Shown: positions 9,964 through 17,993 of the stretch, piece after piece
How positions within the stretch are numbered: position 1 is the stretch's first letter
How the letters are laid out: every line of letters starts with the position of its first letter
Source: Gemmatimonadota bacterium
Lineage (GTDB): Bacteria > Gemmatimonadota > Gemmatimonadetes > Gemmatimonadales > GWC2-71-9
DNA length: 64,000 bases
Direction of reading: 5' to 3'
NCBI GenBank assembly: GCA_039586815.1
Contig: JBDHJR010000004.1
Coordinates: 95,212 to 159,211, forward strand
Notes under the pieces: model-generated
Database searches by the model: none
The model's input: only the letters and a program-made list of their open reading frames with translations
What the model was told of the DNA's origin: nothing
Program-made: the position numbers and the translations under genes

Positions 9964-12642
9964 ATGTCCACGGGCGCGCTGCCGGAGAAGGACCGCGACG
10001 TCCTACGGTCGTTCGCCCGCCGGATCGACCCCTCTGACGCCGGTGCCCACAACAACCTTGGGGTGCTGTACCATCGCAAAGGGTTGGTGGAGGACGCGAT
10101 CGCGGAGTTCCAGCGGGCGCTCGAGCTGGATCCGAAGATGCTCACCGCCCGGCGCAACCTGGAGATCGCCTACAAGGCGTCGGGGTTCTACGATCGTCGC
10201 ATAGCGGAGCTCAGCGAGCGGCTGCGCGCGGATCCCGAGGACGGCAACGCCCGCTGGGAGCTGGCCCGCGCGTATGCATCGCTGGGGCAGTACGACGAAG
10301 CGGCGCGCGAGTTCCACGCACTGATCGAACGCGATCCCAACAGCGTGGCCGCGATGATCCAGCTGGGACTCGCCGAGAAGAGCCGCGGCAAGCTGGAAGA
10401 GGCGGTCGAGTGGCTGGAGCGGGCCCGCACCCTGGATGCCGAGAGCAGCGTCATATACCAGTATCTCGGCGAGCTGCAGTACAACCGGGGGCGCAACACG
10501 GAGGCCCTCGAGGCGCTGCAGCAAGCCGCCCATCTCAACCCCGAGAATGCCGACGCCCACTACCAGATGGCGTTCGTGCTGGGCGATCTGGGGCGGCACG
10601 AAGAGGCGCGGGCCGCGACGAAGAATGCGATCGAGCTGAACCCTACGCTGGGCCGCGCGCAGGCCAACCTGACGCTCGAGTCGATCGCCGAGCAGCGAGA
10701 CCGTCCCTCGGCGCCGTTCCCGGCGCAACCCGATGTAGATGAGACCCTGGCCCACTACAACCTGGGTCGGGCCTTTCGGCGGCAGGGCTACTACAACGAG
10801 GCGCTCAAGGAGTACCGGCTCGCGCTGGAGCGGGGTGAGGATCGCAAGCTCGTGCTTCAGGCCCTGGCCGAGGTGAACCTGCTGAAGCGCGACCACGCCG
10901 CGGCGCTGGAGCTGTACGACAAGCTGGTCGCCGAGATTGCCGACTCGCCCAGGCTGTGGAACGAGCGAGGCGTGGTGCTGCACCAGCTCGGTCGGTTCGA
11001 GGACGCCGTCGGCTCGTATCAGCGGGCGGTGCACCATGGGGCCGACTACGCCCTCGCGCGAAACAACCTGGCCATCACCCTGGCCCAGGTGGGCAGACCC
11101 GAGGACGCGGTCGAGATGCTGGGGGAGGCGCTCAGGCACGGCCCCGACCTGACCATACCGCGGCTCAACCTGGGATTGCTGCTCTACAGCCTGAGGCGGT
11201 ACCAGCTCGCGCTCCAGGCGTTCCGGCGGGTGCTGGAGCAGGACAACGCGTCGGCCGCCGCGTGGAACGGACTGGGTCTGGTGCTCACCGAGACCGAACG
11301 GGCCGAGGACGCGCGCAACGCGTTCTCGCGCGCCGTCGAGGCCGACCCGCAATCAGCAGAGGCGCACTACAACCTGAGCTTTGCGCTGTCGCGCCTCGGC
11401 GATTTCGACGGTGCGCTCAGGGCGGTCACGCGGGCGCAGACACTCGATCCCTACTACGTGCCACAGAAGTTCCGGCTCGCCATCGACCTGCAGTACGAGG
11501 ATCCGGGGATCTCGGTGGTCCCGGAGATCTCGGCCGACGTGGCGGCGGAGTTGACGAGCCAGAGCCTCAAGCTCGAGCCCGGGACGCTCGACAGCCTGTT
11601 CCGCGAGCTGGAGCGTCCGGCGCCCAAGCCCGCTGCGCCAGCCAAGCGGGGCGATCCCTTTGGCCTGGCACGGGACTACCTCAATAAGGGGCTGTTCGAG
11701 CTCGCATCCGCCGAGGCGAACCGCGCGCTGAGCCGCGGGGCCAATGAGGTGGAGGCCCAGGTGTTGCTCGGCGAGATCTTCGCCCGCCGCGGACTGCACG
11801 GCGAGTCGCTGGAGCGGTACCGGGAGGCACGGCGACTGGCGCCTGACCGGGCCGACGTGCGCCTGGCCGAGATGCGGGAGCTGCTGGCGTTGGAGCGCGG
11901 CGCGGAGGCGGTGGAAGATGCCACGGCGCTGGCGGCGGAGCGCCCCGACGACGTGGACGTGCTGGTTGTGCTGGCCCGGGCGCGGCTCGCCGCAGCCGAC
12001 CCGGGCAACGCGATGCAGGCGCTCCAGGCGGCCCGCGCGCGCGCGCCGCAGCGGGCCGACCTGCTGGAGCTGGAGGGAGACATCGCGGCGGGAATGCGCA
12101 ACTGGACCGCGGCGCGAACCGCGTACGAAGGAGCGCTGGAGCTCGACCCCCGGTTGGTGCGGGTACGCTTCGCGCTGGGCAAGGTCCACGAGGCGCGCGA
12201 AGACTGGGGGGCGGCAGAAGCATCGTACCGGGCGGCGCTCGATCAGCTGCCGACGTTCTTCGATGCCGCGGTTGCGCTTGCCGAGCTGCATCGTAGAACC
12301 GGGGCGCCGCGTGAGGCAATCGCTCTTCTGGCGGACCTGCTCACGGCCGACTCCGCCGCGCTCGACGCACTGCTGGTGCTGGGCAAGGCGCTGCTCGACG
12401 ACGGACGAGTGGAGGAAGCGCTGCACTCGTTCGACCGTATCCTGACGCACGATCCGCATCATCTGGCGGCCCTGTTCTTCTCGGGCGTCGTGTTCGCCCG
12501 TCAGCGGCGGTACCAGCAGGCAGTGGAACGGTGGGATCGGGTGATCGATCTGGACCCGTCCGGCCCCTACGCGCAGCGGGCGCGCAAGCACGCGCGCACG
12601 GCGCTGGACCTGCGGCACATCTTCAAGTCCGAGGTGGCGTAG
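9964..12642 (+). CDS. large tetratricopeptide-repeat (TPR) protein, 892 aa
   Basis: TPR consensus (A..Y..AL.L.P....A..NLG) repeats end to end. No TM segment, HAMP or MCP signature seen. Confidence 0.8.
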   Translation: MSTGALPEKDRDVLRSFARRIDPSDAGAHNNLGVLYHRKGLVEDAIAEFQRALELDPKMLTARRNLEIAYKASGFYDRRIAELSERLRADPEDGNARWELARAYASLGQYDEAAREFHALIERDPNSVAAMIQLGLAEKSRGKLEEAVEWLERARTLDAESSVIYQYLGELQYNRGRNTEALEALQQAAHLNPENADAHYQMAFVLGDLGRHEEARAATKNAIELNPTLGRAQANLTLESIAEQRDRPSAPFPAQPDVDETLAHYNLGRAFRRQGYYNEALKEYRLALERGEDRKLVLQALAEVNLLKRDHAAALELYDKLVAEIADSPRLWNERGVVLHQLGRFEDAVGSYQRAVHHGADYALARNNLAITLAQVGRPEDAVEMLGEALRHGPDLTIPRLNLGLLLYSLRRYQLALQAFRRVLEQDNASAAAWNGLGLVLTETERAEDARNAFSRAVEADPQSAEAHYNLSFALSRLGDFDGALRAVTRAQTLDPYYVPQKFRLAIDLQYEDPGISVVPEISADVAAELTSQSLKLEPGTLDSLFRELERPAPKPAAPAKRGDPFGLARDYLNKGLFELASAEANRALSRGANEVEAQVLLGEIFARRGLHGESLERYREARRLAPDRADVRLAEMRELLALERGAEAVEDATALAAERPDDVDVLVVLARARLAAADPGNAMQALQAARARAPQRADLLELEGDIAAGMRNWTAARTAYEGALELDPRLVRVRFALGKVHEAREDWGAAEASYRAALDQLPTFFDAAVALAELHRRTGAPREAIALLADLLTADSAALDALLVLGKALLDDGRVEEALHSFDRILTHDPHHLAALFFSGVVFARQRRYQQAVERWDRVIDLDPSGPYAQRARKHARTALDLRHIFKSEVA

Positions 12643-12645
12643 ACC

Positions 12646-13797
12646 ATGGCTATCGAGGGGCCACTCAAGGAACTGGGGATCCACGATGTCTTCCAGTTGC
12701 TCGACCTGAGCCGCAAGACGGGTGTGCTCACGGTGGCGTCGAAGCTGCGGCACAACCAGGGGACGGTCTACTTCGACGCCGGCGCCGTGGTGTACGCGGA
12801 GATCCAGAGCAACCCACATCCGTTGGGTGGCATGCTGGTTCGGGCCGGGAAGATCACCGAGGCGGATCTGCACCGGGCCCGCGACATGCAGGAGGGGGGT
12901 GACGGGCGGCTCCTGGGTGAGGTCCTGCTGGACATCGGCGCCGTCAATCAGCGGGAGCTCGAGCGCCAGGTGAGGTTCCAGGTCGAGGAAGTGATCTTCG
13001 AGGTCATGAACTGGCGCGAGGGCTACTTCTCGTTCGTGGAGGGTCCGCTGCAGGAAGTCCCGGCCGATGCCACCGTGCGAATCACCACGGAATCGGTGCT
13101 CATGGAGGGCGCACGCCGGATCGACGAGTGGTCGCGCATCGAATCCAAGATCCCGCACAGCGGAGTGGTGCCCGCGCTCGCACCCGCTGTGGGCGGTGAG
13201 AGCGGCGGACTCGACCTGCTTCCGTTCGAGTGGGAGGTGCTGGCGACGATCGACGGCGAGCGGGACCTGCGTGCCATCGCCAGCGCCGTGGCCCGCTCCG
13301 AGTTCGACGTGGCCAAGACCATATTCGGACTCGAGAGCGCGGGGCTCCTGACCGTGGCCGATAGGGGAGCGGCTGCGGCGTCCGCGGAGCTGTCCGGCGA
13401 CGTGCGGGGATGGGTGGAGCGCGCCGAGGCGGCCCTCGAGGGTGGTGACCTTGCCACGGCACGCGAGCTTGCCGAGACGATGCGGGAGCGGTTCCCGCAC
13501 GAGGCCGCAGTCCACTTCGTGCTGGGACGCGTGAGCCTCGCGGGCGGCGACGCCGGGTCGGCCGAGGAGTGCCTGCGGCGCGCACTCAGGGTGGATCCCT
13601 TGTTCGGAGTGGCGCACCGCCTGCTGGGAGACGCCCTGGCGCTGCAGGGGCGCTTCGGCGAGGCGGTTGAGTGGTGGCAGCGCTGGCTCAAGATCGGCGA
13701 GCAGGAGGGCGGAAGCGCCGAGGAGATACAACAGGTGCGCGACGCTGTCGCCGCCGCCCAGAGCCTCGGCACCTACCTGAGAGGGTCACGTGGCTAG
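12646..13797 (+). CDS. DUF4388 (PATAN-type) domain protein with C-terminal TPR
   Basis: N-terminus MAIEGPLKELGIHDVFQLLDLSRKTGVLTV...GTVYFDAGAVVYA is the DUF4388/PATAN signature. A middle small helical domain and C-terminal TPRs follow. Confidence 0.8.
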   Translation: MAIEGPLKELGIHDVFQLLDLSRKTGVLTVASKLRHNQGTVYFDAGAVVYAEIQSNPHPLGGMLVRAGKITEADLHRARDMQEGGDGRLLGEVLLDIGAVNQRELERQVRFQVEEVIFEVMNWREGYFSFVEGPLQEVPADATVRITTESVLMEGARRIDEWSRIESKIPHSGVVPALAPAVGGESGGLDLLPFEWEVLATIDGERDLRAIASAVARSEFDVAKTIFGLESAGLLTVADRGAAAASAELSGDVRGWVERAEAALEGGDLATARELAETMRERFPHEAAVHFVLGRVSLAGGDAGSAEECLRRALRVDPLFGVAHRLLGDALALQGRFGEAVEWWQRWLKIGEQEGGSAEEIQQVRDAVAAAQSLGTYLRGSRG

Positions 13798-14590
13798 CGA
13801 CGTCCAGGCCATGACGGCCGAGCTGGCGCGCGATCCGTCGAGCCTCGTCTTTCTGGAGCTGGGCGAGGCGCTGCGACGCGTGGGGCAGCTCGATGCGGCG
13901 AGCCGCGTTCTCGTCAACGGCCTGGAGCAGCATCCCGAGCTCGTCGAGGGCCGCGACCTGTACGCCCGCGTGCTGGTGGACAGCGGTGACTATACGCGCG
14001 CCGCTCAGGTGTGGGCCACGGTGCTGGAATTGGAGTCGAGACATCTCGGCGCGCACAAGGGGCTCGGTTTCCTGAGCTTCCGCTCCGGTGATCTGGACAG
14101 CGCGATGGAGCATCTCGAGCTGGCTCTCGCAGCCGATCCGACCGACGAGAGCGTGGTTCGCGCGCTGCGCACGGTGCGCGATGCGGCACAGGAGGCGCAG
14201 GCAGAGGCGGCGCCGCCGAGTTCGGGCGAAGACCCGCTGTTCGCCGGGCTGGAGGGCGCCGAGCAGGGATTGCTGCTGGTGGACGAACGCGGCCGGGTGC
14301 TGGGCGGGCGGTTGCTCGACGCCTCCGGCGGAGAGGTCTCGGAGATGGTGGCGGCGTACCTGGCGGGTGCCGCACAGGAGGCTGACCGTACGGCCCGCAT
14401 GCTCGGCCTGGGTGAGTGGCGCTGGATCGTGGCCGAGGGACCGGACGGAAACGTGTACGTGACGCCGCCTACGACCGAAACCCTGTTGCTCATCCTGCGC
14501 GACCAAAGCGTTCCGTCGGGCCGGCTCGCGATGCTGGCCGAGCGCGCGGGCGCGGTGGCACGAACCTGGCTCGAGGGGCAGCAGCTGTGA
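13790..14590 (+). CDS. TPR - roadblock/LC7 fusion protein
   Basis: N-terminal half is TPR (LELGEALRRVGQLDAA...). C-terminal half (LLLVDERGRVLGG...WRWIVAEGPDGNVYVTP...LLLILRDQSVPSGRLAM) looks like a roadblock/LC7 fold. GTG start overlaps the previous gene by 8 nt. Confidence 0.7.
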   Translation: MASDVQAMTAELARDPSSLVFLELGEALRRVGQLDAASRVLVNGLEQHPELVEGRDLYARVLVDSGDYTRAAQVWATVLELESRHLGAHKGLGFLSFRSGDLDSAMEHLELALAADPTDESVVRALRTVRDAAQEAQAEAAPPSSGEDPLFAGLEGAEQGLLLVDERGRVLGGRLLDASGGEVSEMVAAYLAGAAQEADRTARMLGLGEWRWIVAEGPDGNVYVTPPTTETLLLILRDQSVPSGRLAMLAERAGAVARTWLEGQQL

Positions 14591-14937
14591 CGTCGCAGTT
14601 TCGGCGAACGCTCGACAACATCACCCGGGTGCGAGGCGTGCGCGGGGCCATGCTCGTGGCCGGTGACGACGGGCTGATCGTAGCCGAGTCGCTGATGGAG
14701 GGAGTGCGCGGCAACGCGGTGGCGGCACTGGCCGCCAGCCTGCACAAGCGCTTCCGCCAGGCGATGGATGCGGGGGCCGCGGGTGCGCCCCACTTCATGC
14801 ATCTCCAGGGCGACGGCGGGACGCTCATAGTCGTACCGGCACCCGACGGCGTGCTGGTGGTGGCCGTCGGCGACCCCAACATGAACGTGGGGCTCGTGCG
14901 GCTGGAGATGCTGCGGGCAGCCGAGGGACTCGCATGA
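14587..14937 (+). CDS. roadblock/LC7-domain protein (MglB/MglC-like paralog)
   Basis: VRGVRGAMLVAGDDGLIVAES...LQGDGGTLIVVPAPDGVLVVAVGDPNMNVGLVRLEM is the classical roadblock pattern. GTG 14587 sits in a GTGA overlap; the track start 14416 lies inside the previous gene. Confidence 0.8.
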   Translation: MTSQFRRTLDNITRVRGVRGAMLVAGDDGLIVAESLMEGVRGNAVAALAASLHKRFRQAMDAGAAGAPHFMHLQGDGGTLIVVPAPDGVLVVAVGDPNMNVGLVRLEMLRAAEGLA

Positions 14938-15404
14938 CGGATACGCGAGCGGTAGAAGCATGGACGCTCGCGCCGCTGCAGCACTTCGTGGCGGAGGCCG
15001 GTGCGCGGCTCACCCTGTTGATGACGCCGGCGGGCCAGGTGTTGGCGCAGCACGGGTTCACCCGCGCGGTGGACGTGATGTCGGCAGCGGCCCTGGGGGC
15101 GGCAATAGTGGCGTCGAGCGGCGAGCTCGCCTCCATGCTGCAGCAGCGGCAGTTCTCGGCGCTCAACCACCAGGGGTCTGAGCACGGCATCTTCCTGGGG
15201 GCGTTCGACACCCCGCGCGGGCGGCTGCTCGCGCTGGTAGTTTACGGTCCGGACTCTTCGGTCGGATTGGTGCAGTTGTTCTTCGAGGAGCTCGCGATGC
15301 AGCTGGCAGCAGCGGCTCCCGCGAAAGAAGAGTCCAAGGCGGTGCTCGCCGCGGATTTCGAGCAGGAGCTCAACGAGAGTCTCGCGAACCTTTTCGGGCA
15401 GTGA
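14934..15404 (+). CDS. mglB: MglB-like roadblock GTPase-activating protein
   Basis: Roadblock core ([16 protein letters not shown]...[34 protein letters not shown]) plus an acidic C-terminal tail ending NLFGQ, as I recall for M. xanthus MglB (DNLFSE). Lies directly upstream of mglA. Confidence 0.75.
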   Translation: MTDTRAVEAWTLAPLQHFVAEAGARLTLLMTPAGQVLAQHGFTRAVDVMSAAALGAAIVASSGELASMLQQRQFSALNHQGSEHGIFLGAFDTPRGRLLALVVYGPDSSVGLVQLFFEELAMQLAAAAPAKEESKAVLAADFEQELNESLANLFGQ

Positions 15405-15408
15405 CGAC

Positions 15409-16008
15409 GTGTCTCTAGTCAACTTCACCACCCGCGAGATCACCTGCAAGATCGTCTACTACGGTCCGGGACGGTCGGGCAAGACCACGAACTTGCAGTA
15501 CATCTACGGGCGCGTGCCTGACGATCGGCGCGGCCGCATGGTGTCGCTAGCCACCCAGACCGATCGCACCCTGTTCTTCGACTTCCTGCCGCTCGAGTTG
15601 GGCAGCATATCGGGGTTCACGACGCGGTTCCAGCTCTATACGGTGCCGGGACAGGTCTACTACAACGCCACCCGCAAGCTGGTGCTCCAGGGGGCGGACG
15701 GGGTGGTGTTCGTCGCGGACAGCCAGGCGAGGCAGCTCGAGGAGAACGTGGAGAGCCTGCAGAACCTGCAGGAGAACCTCCTTGCCCAGGGTGCCGACGC
15801 GCGCGGCATGCCGCTGGTGTTGCAGTACAACAAGCAGGATCTGCCGCAGGATCTCGTGCTCTCGCCAAAGGAGCTGGACGACGCGCTGAACTTCTGGAGC
15901 GTGCCCAGCTTTTCGGCGGCGGCGCTCGCCGGCACGGGTGTCTTCGAGACGCTGAAGGCCGCCTCGGAGCAGGTGCTGCGCAAACTGAGTCAGGAGGAGC
16001 CGGTGTGA
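15409..16008 (+). CDS. mglA: MglA-family Ras-like small GTPase
   Basis: Aligns by eye over its whole length with my recollection of M. xanthus MglA. Matching elements: [25 protein letters not shown] (P-loop 15463-15486), [15 protein letters not shown] (intrinsic Arg), LYTVPGQV (Thr replaces the DxxG Asp, catalytic Gln), VFVADSQ, YNKQD. GTG start. Confidence 0.9.
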   Translation: MSLVNFTTREITCKIVYYGPGRSGKTTNLQYIYGRVPDDRRGRMVSLATQTDRTLFFDFLPLELGSISGFTTRFQLYTVPGQVYYNATRKLVLQGADGVVFVADSQARQLEENVESLQNLQENLLAQGADARGMPLVLQYNKQDLPQDLVLSPKELDDALNFWSVPSFSAAALAGTGVFETLKAASEQVLRKLSQEEPV

Positions 16009-17993
16009 CCGAGGAGCTGAATCCCAAGTTCAGCTTCGAGACCCTCGTGGTCGGCGCCGCGAACCGGCTCGCGGTGACTGCGGCTCGGACTGTAGCGGAG
16101 TCGCCGGGCGCTGCGTACAACCCGCTGTTCGTGTACAGCCCCACCGGGTTGGGCAAGACCCACCTCCTCATGGCGATTGGGCAGCTCGCCAAGCAGCTCG
16201 CTCCCGAGAGCCGCGTCGAGTACATCACGATCGACGAGTTCGTGGAGGCGCACCACGCCGCCGTGGCGGCGGGGCAGAGCGAGGCGCTGCGCAGCCGCTA
16301 TGCGCAGATCGACATTCTCTTGGTGGACGACGTGCAGTTCCTGACGCACCGCCGCGAGATGCAGGCCGAGCTGCTGCGAATCGTTCAGGAGCTGCAGACC
16401 GCCGGGAAGCAGGTCGTGCTCACCAGCGACAGTCCTCCCTCCGAGATCGAAGATCTGGACGAGCGCCTGTTGTCGCGCTTCGATGCGGGCCTGCTGGTGG
16501 ACATCGGCCCGCCCGACGCGGAGACGCGGCTCGCCATTCTGATGCGTCGCACGGAGGACCGCGGGGCGCAGTTTGGGGAAGGGGTGTTGGATGCAGTGGC
16601 TCGGTTCGAGGTGCCCAACGTGCGGGAGCTTCTCGGGCTGCTCAACAAGCTCGTGGCCTACCAGGCCGTGAGCGAGTCACCCATCACCCCGGCCGCCGCG
16701 CACGAGCTGCTCGCCGGGGAAGTGCGGACCCAGGCCCCGATGACGACCGGGCCGGCGCCGGCGCTCACCGCCATGGGTGAGCCGGTCGCGGAGCCCGAGG
16801 AGGAGCGACCCGACGAGTTCGCCGATTTCCTATCCGACGTGGCGCACACGGTGGAGGAGCAGGTGGAGGCGTGGCGCTCCAAGCTGGGCGAGGCGATCAC
16901 GCGCTGGGAGGCGGAGGGATTCCGCACCGGACGCCTCGAACGGCTGTTGGATCAGGATGTGCCGGTCTCCCTAGACCGGGTGCTGAAGCAGTTCGAGAAG
17001 GACGTCGAGCAGCTCCGCTCCATGCAGGCCACGATGGCCAAGCTCGATCCCGAGCGCGCCGAGGACCCCGTGTTCAACGATCCGGACAGCCTGGACGAGG
17101 TTGACCACCTGGTGCAGACCGTGCTGCACGAGGTGGGACCGCCCCCGGGCCCGTCTGCCGCGTGGGAGCTGGCGTCATTCGTGGACGGCGAGGCCAACAA
17201 GGTCGCGCACAACTCGGCGCAGGAGGTGGTGACTCAGCCGGGCGTGCGCTACAACCCGCTGGTGCTTGCGGGACCCACCGGCGTGGGCAAGACGCATCTG
17301 CTGCACGCGATCGGCCACGAGCTCGCCGCCCGGCCCGAAGCCGTAGTCGCGTGCCTGTCGGCGCAGCAGCTCATCGACGAGCTGGTGCAGGCAATCGACG
17401 GCGAGCGCATCGATCTGTGGCGCACTCGCTATCGCCGCGCGACCGCGTTCCTGCTGGACGATGCGCACCTGCTCGCGGGCAAGGAGCGCACCCAGGAGGA
17501 GGTGTTCCACCTCTTCAACGAGCTGTTCGACGCGCAGCGCCAGCTGGTGTTCACCACGGCCAAGGCACCGCGCGAAGTCGAGGGCCTGGACGAGCGCCTG
17601 GTGTCGCGGTTGGAGGGCGGGCTGGTGGTCAACATGGAGAGTCCCGACCGTGAGCTCCGCCGCGCCATCGTGGTTCGCAAGCTCCAAGAGGACGTCGGTG
17701 CAGCGGATGACGAGTTGGCCGACTACCTGGCCGCGCGTCCCGCCGACTCGATTCGATCCGTGATCGGCCTGCTGCAGCGTGTCATGGTGGCGGCCGATGC
17801 TCAGGGAGCCGCTCCCAGCGCCGCCCTGGCGCGCGAGATGGTGGAAGGCGCAGCGCCGGCACGTCCTCGCGTGTCGGCTCCGGTGCGCACGAGCGGCATC
17901 ATGATCTCGCCTTCCGGCGGCGTGAAGAGCCGTGAGAAGATGGTCTGGTTCTGGCCCGACCCGGCCCAGCGCGTGATCGAGGAGATGACCTAG
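16005..17993 (+). CDS. tandem DnaA-type AAA+ ATPase (two domain-III modules, no domain I or IV)
   Basis: Module 1: [18 protein letters not shown], Walker A SPTGLGKT (16137-16160), Walker [37 protein letters not shown]. Module 2: Walker A GPTGVGKT (17271-17294), [20 protein letters not shown]. An acidic linker of about 170 aa joins them. No HTH or DnaA-signature C-terminus. Confidence 0.8.
   Translation: MTEELNPKFSFETLVVGAANRLAVTAARTVAESPGAAYNPLFVYSPTGLGKTHLLMAIGQLAKQLAPESRVEYITIDEFVEAHHAAVAAGQSEALRSRYAQIDILLVDDVQFLTHRREMQAELLRIVQELQTAGKQVVLTSDSPPSEIEDLDERLLSRFDAGLLVDIGPPDAETRLAILMRRTEDRGAQFGEGVLDAVARFEVPNVRELLGLLNKLVAYQAVSESPITPAAAHELLAGEVRTQAPMTTGPAPALTAMGEPVAEPEEERPDEFADFLSDVAHTVEEQVEAWRSKLGEAITRWEAEGFRTGRLERLLDQDVPVSLDRVLKQFEKDVEQLRSMQATMAKLDPERAEDPVFNDPDSLDEVDHLVQTVLHEVGPPPGPSAAWELASFVDGEANKVAHNSAQEVVTQPGVRYNPLVLAGPTGVGKTHLLHAIGHELAARPEAVVACLSAQQLIDELVQAIDGERIDLWRTRYRRATAFLLDDAHLLAGKERTQEEVFHLFNELFDAQRQLVFTTAKAPREVEGLDERLVSRLEGGLVVNMESPDRELRRAIVVRKLQEDVGAADDELADYLAARPADSIRSVIGLLQRVMVAADAQGAAPSAALAREMVEGAAPARPRVSAPVRTSGIMISPSGGVKSREKMVWFWPDPAQRVIEEMT

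Noticed and set aside
9964-12642. Whether the giant TPR protein, or the coiled-coil/TPR protein at 22867-23724, could be the missing MCP.
   Set aside because: No TM or HAMP segments, no conserved MCP hairpin-tip motif and no methylation-site heptads were visible by eye. This is kept only as an item to test by profile search.
11353-13731. 792-aa minus-strand ORF antisense to the TPR and PATAN genes.
   Set aside because: It overlaps motif-supported + strand genes completely. Its Arg/Pro/Gly/His-rich low-complexity translation has no recognisable motif. This is the typical stop-poor antisense shadow frame of high-GC DNA.
16005-17993. Possibility that the DnaA-like gene marks the replication initiator and oriC.
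   Set aside because: It lacks DnaA domains I and IV (no DNA-binding HTH). It has two AAA+ modules. It sits inside a che/mgl operon with overlapping start and stop codons. I saw no cluster of TTATCCACA-type boxes or AT-rich unwinding element nearby, and no dnaN, recF or gyrB context.
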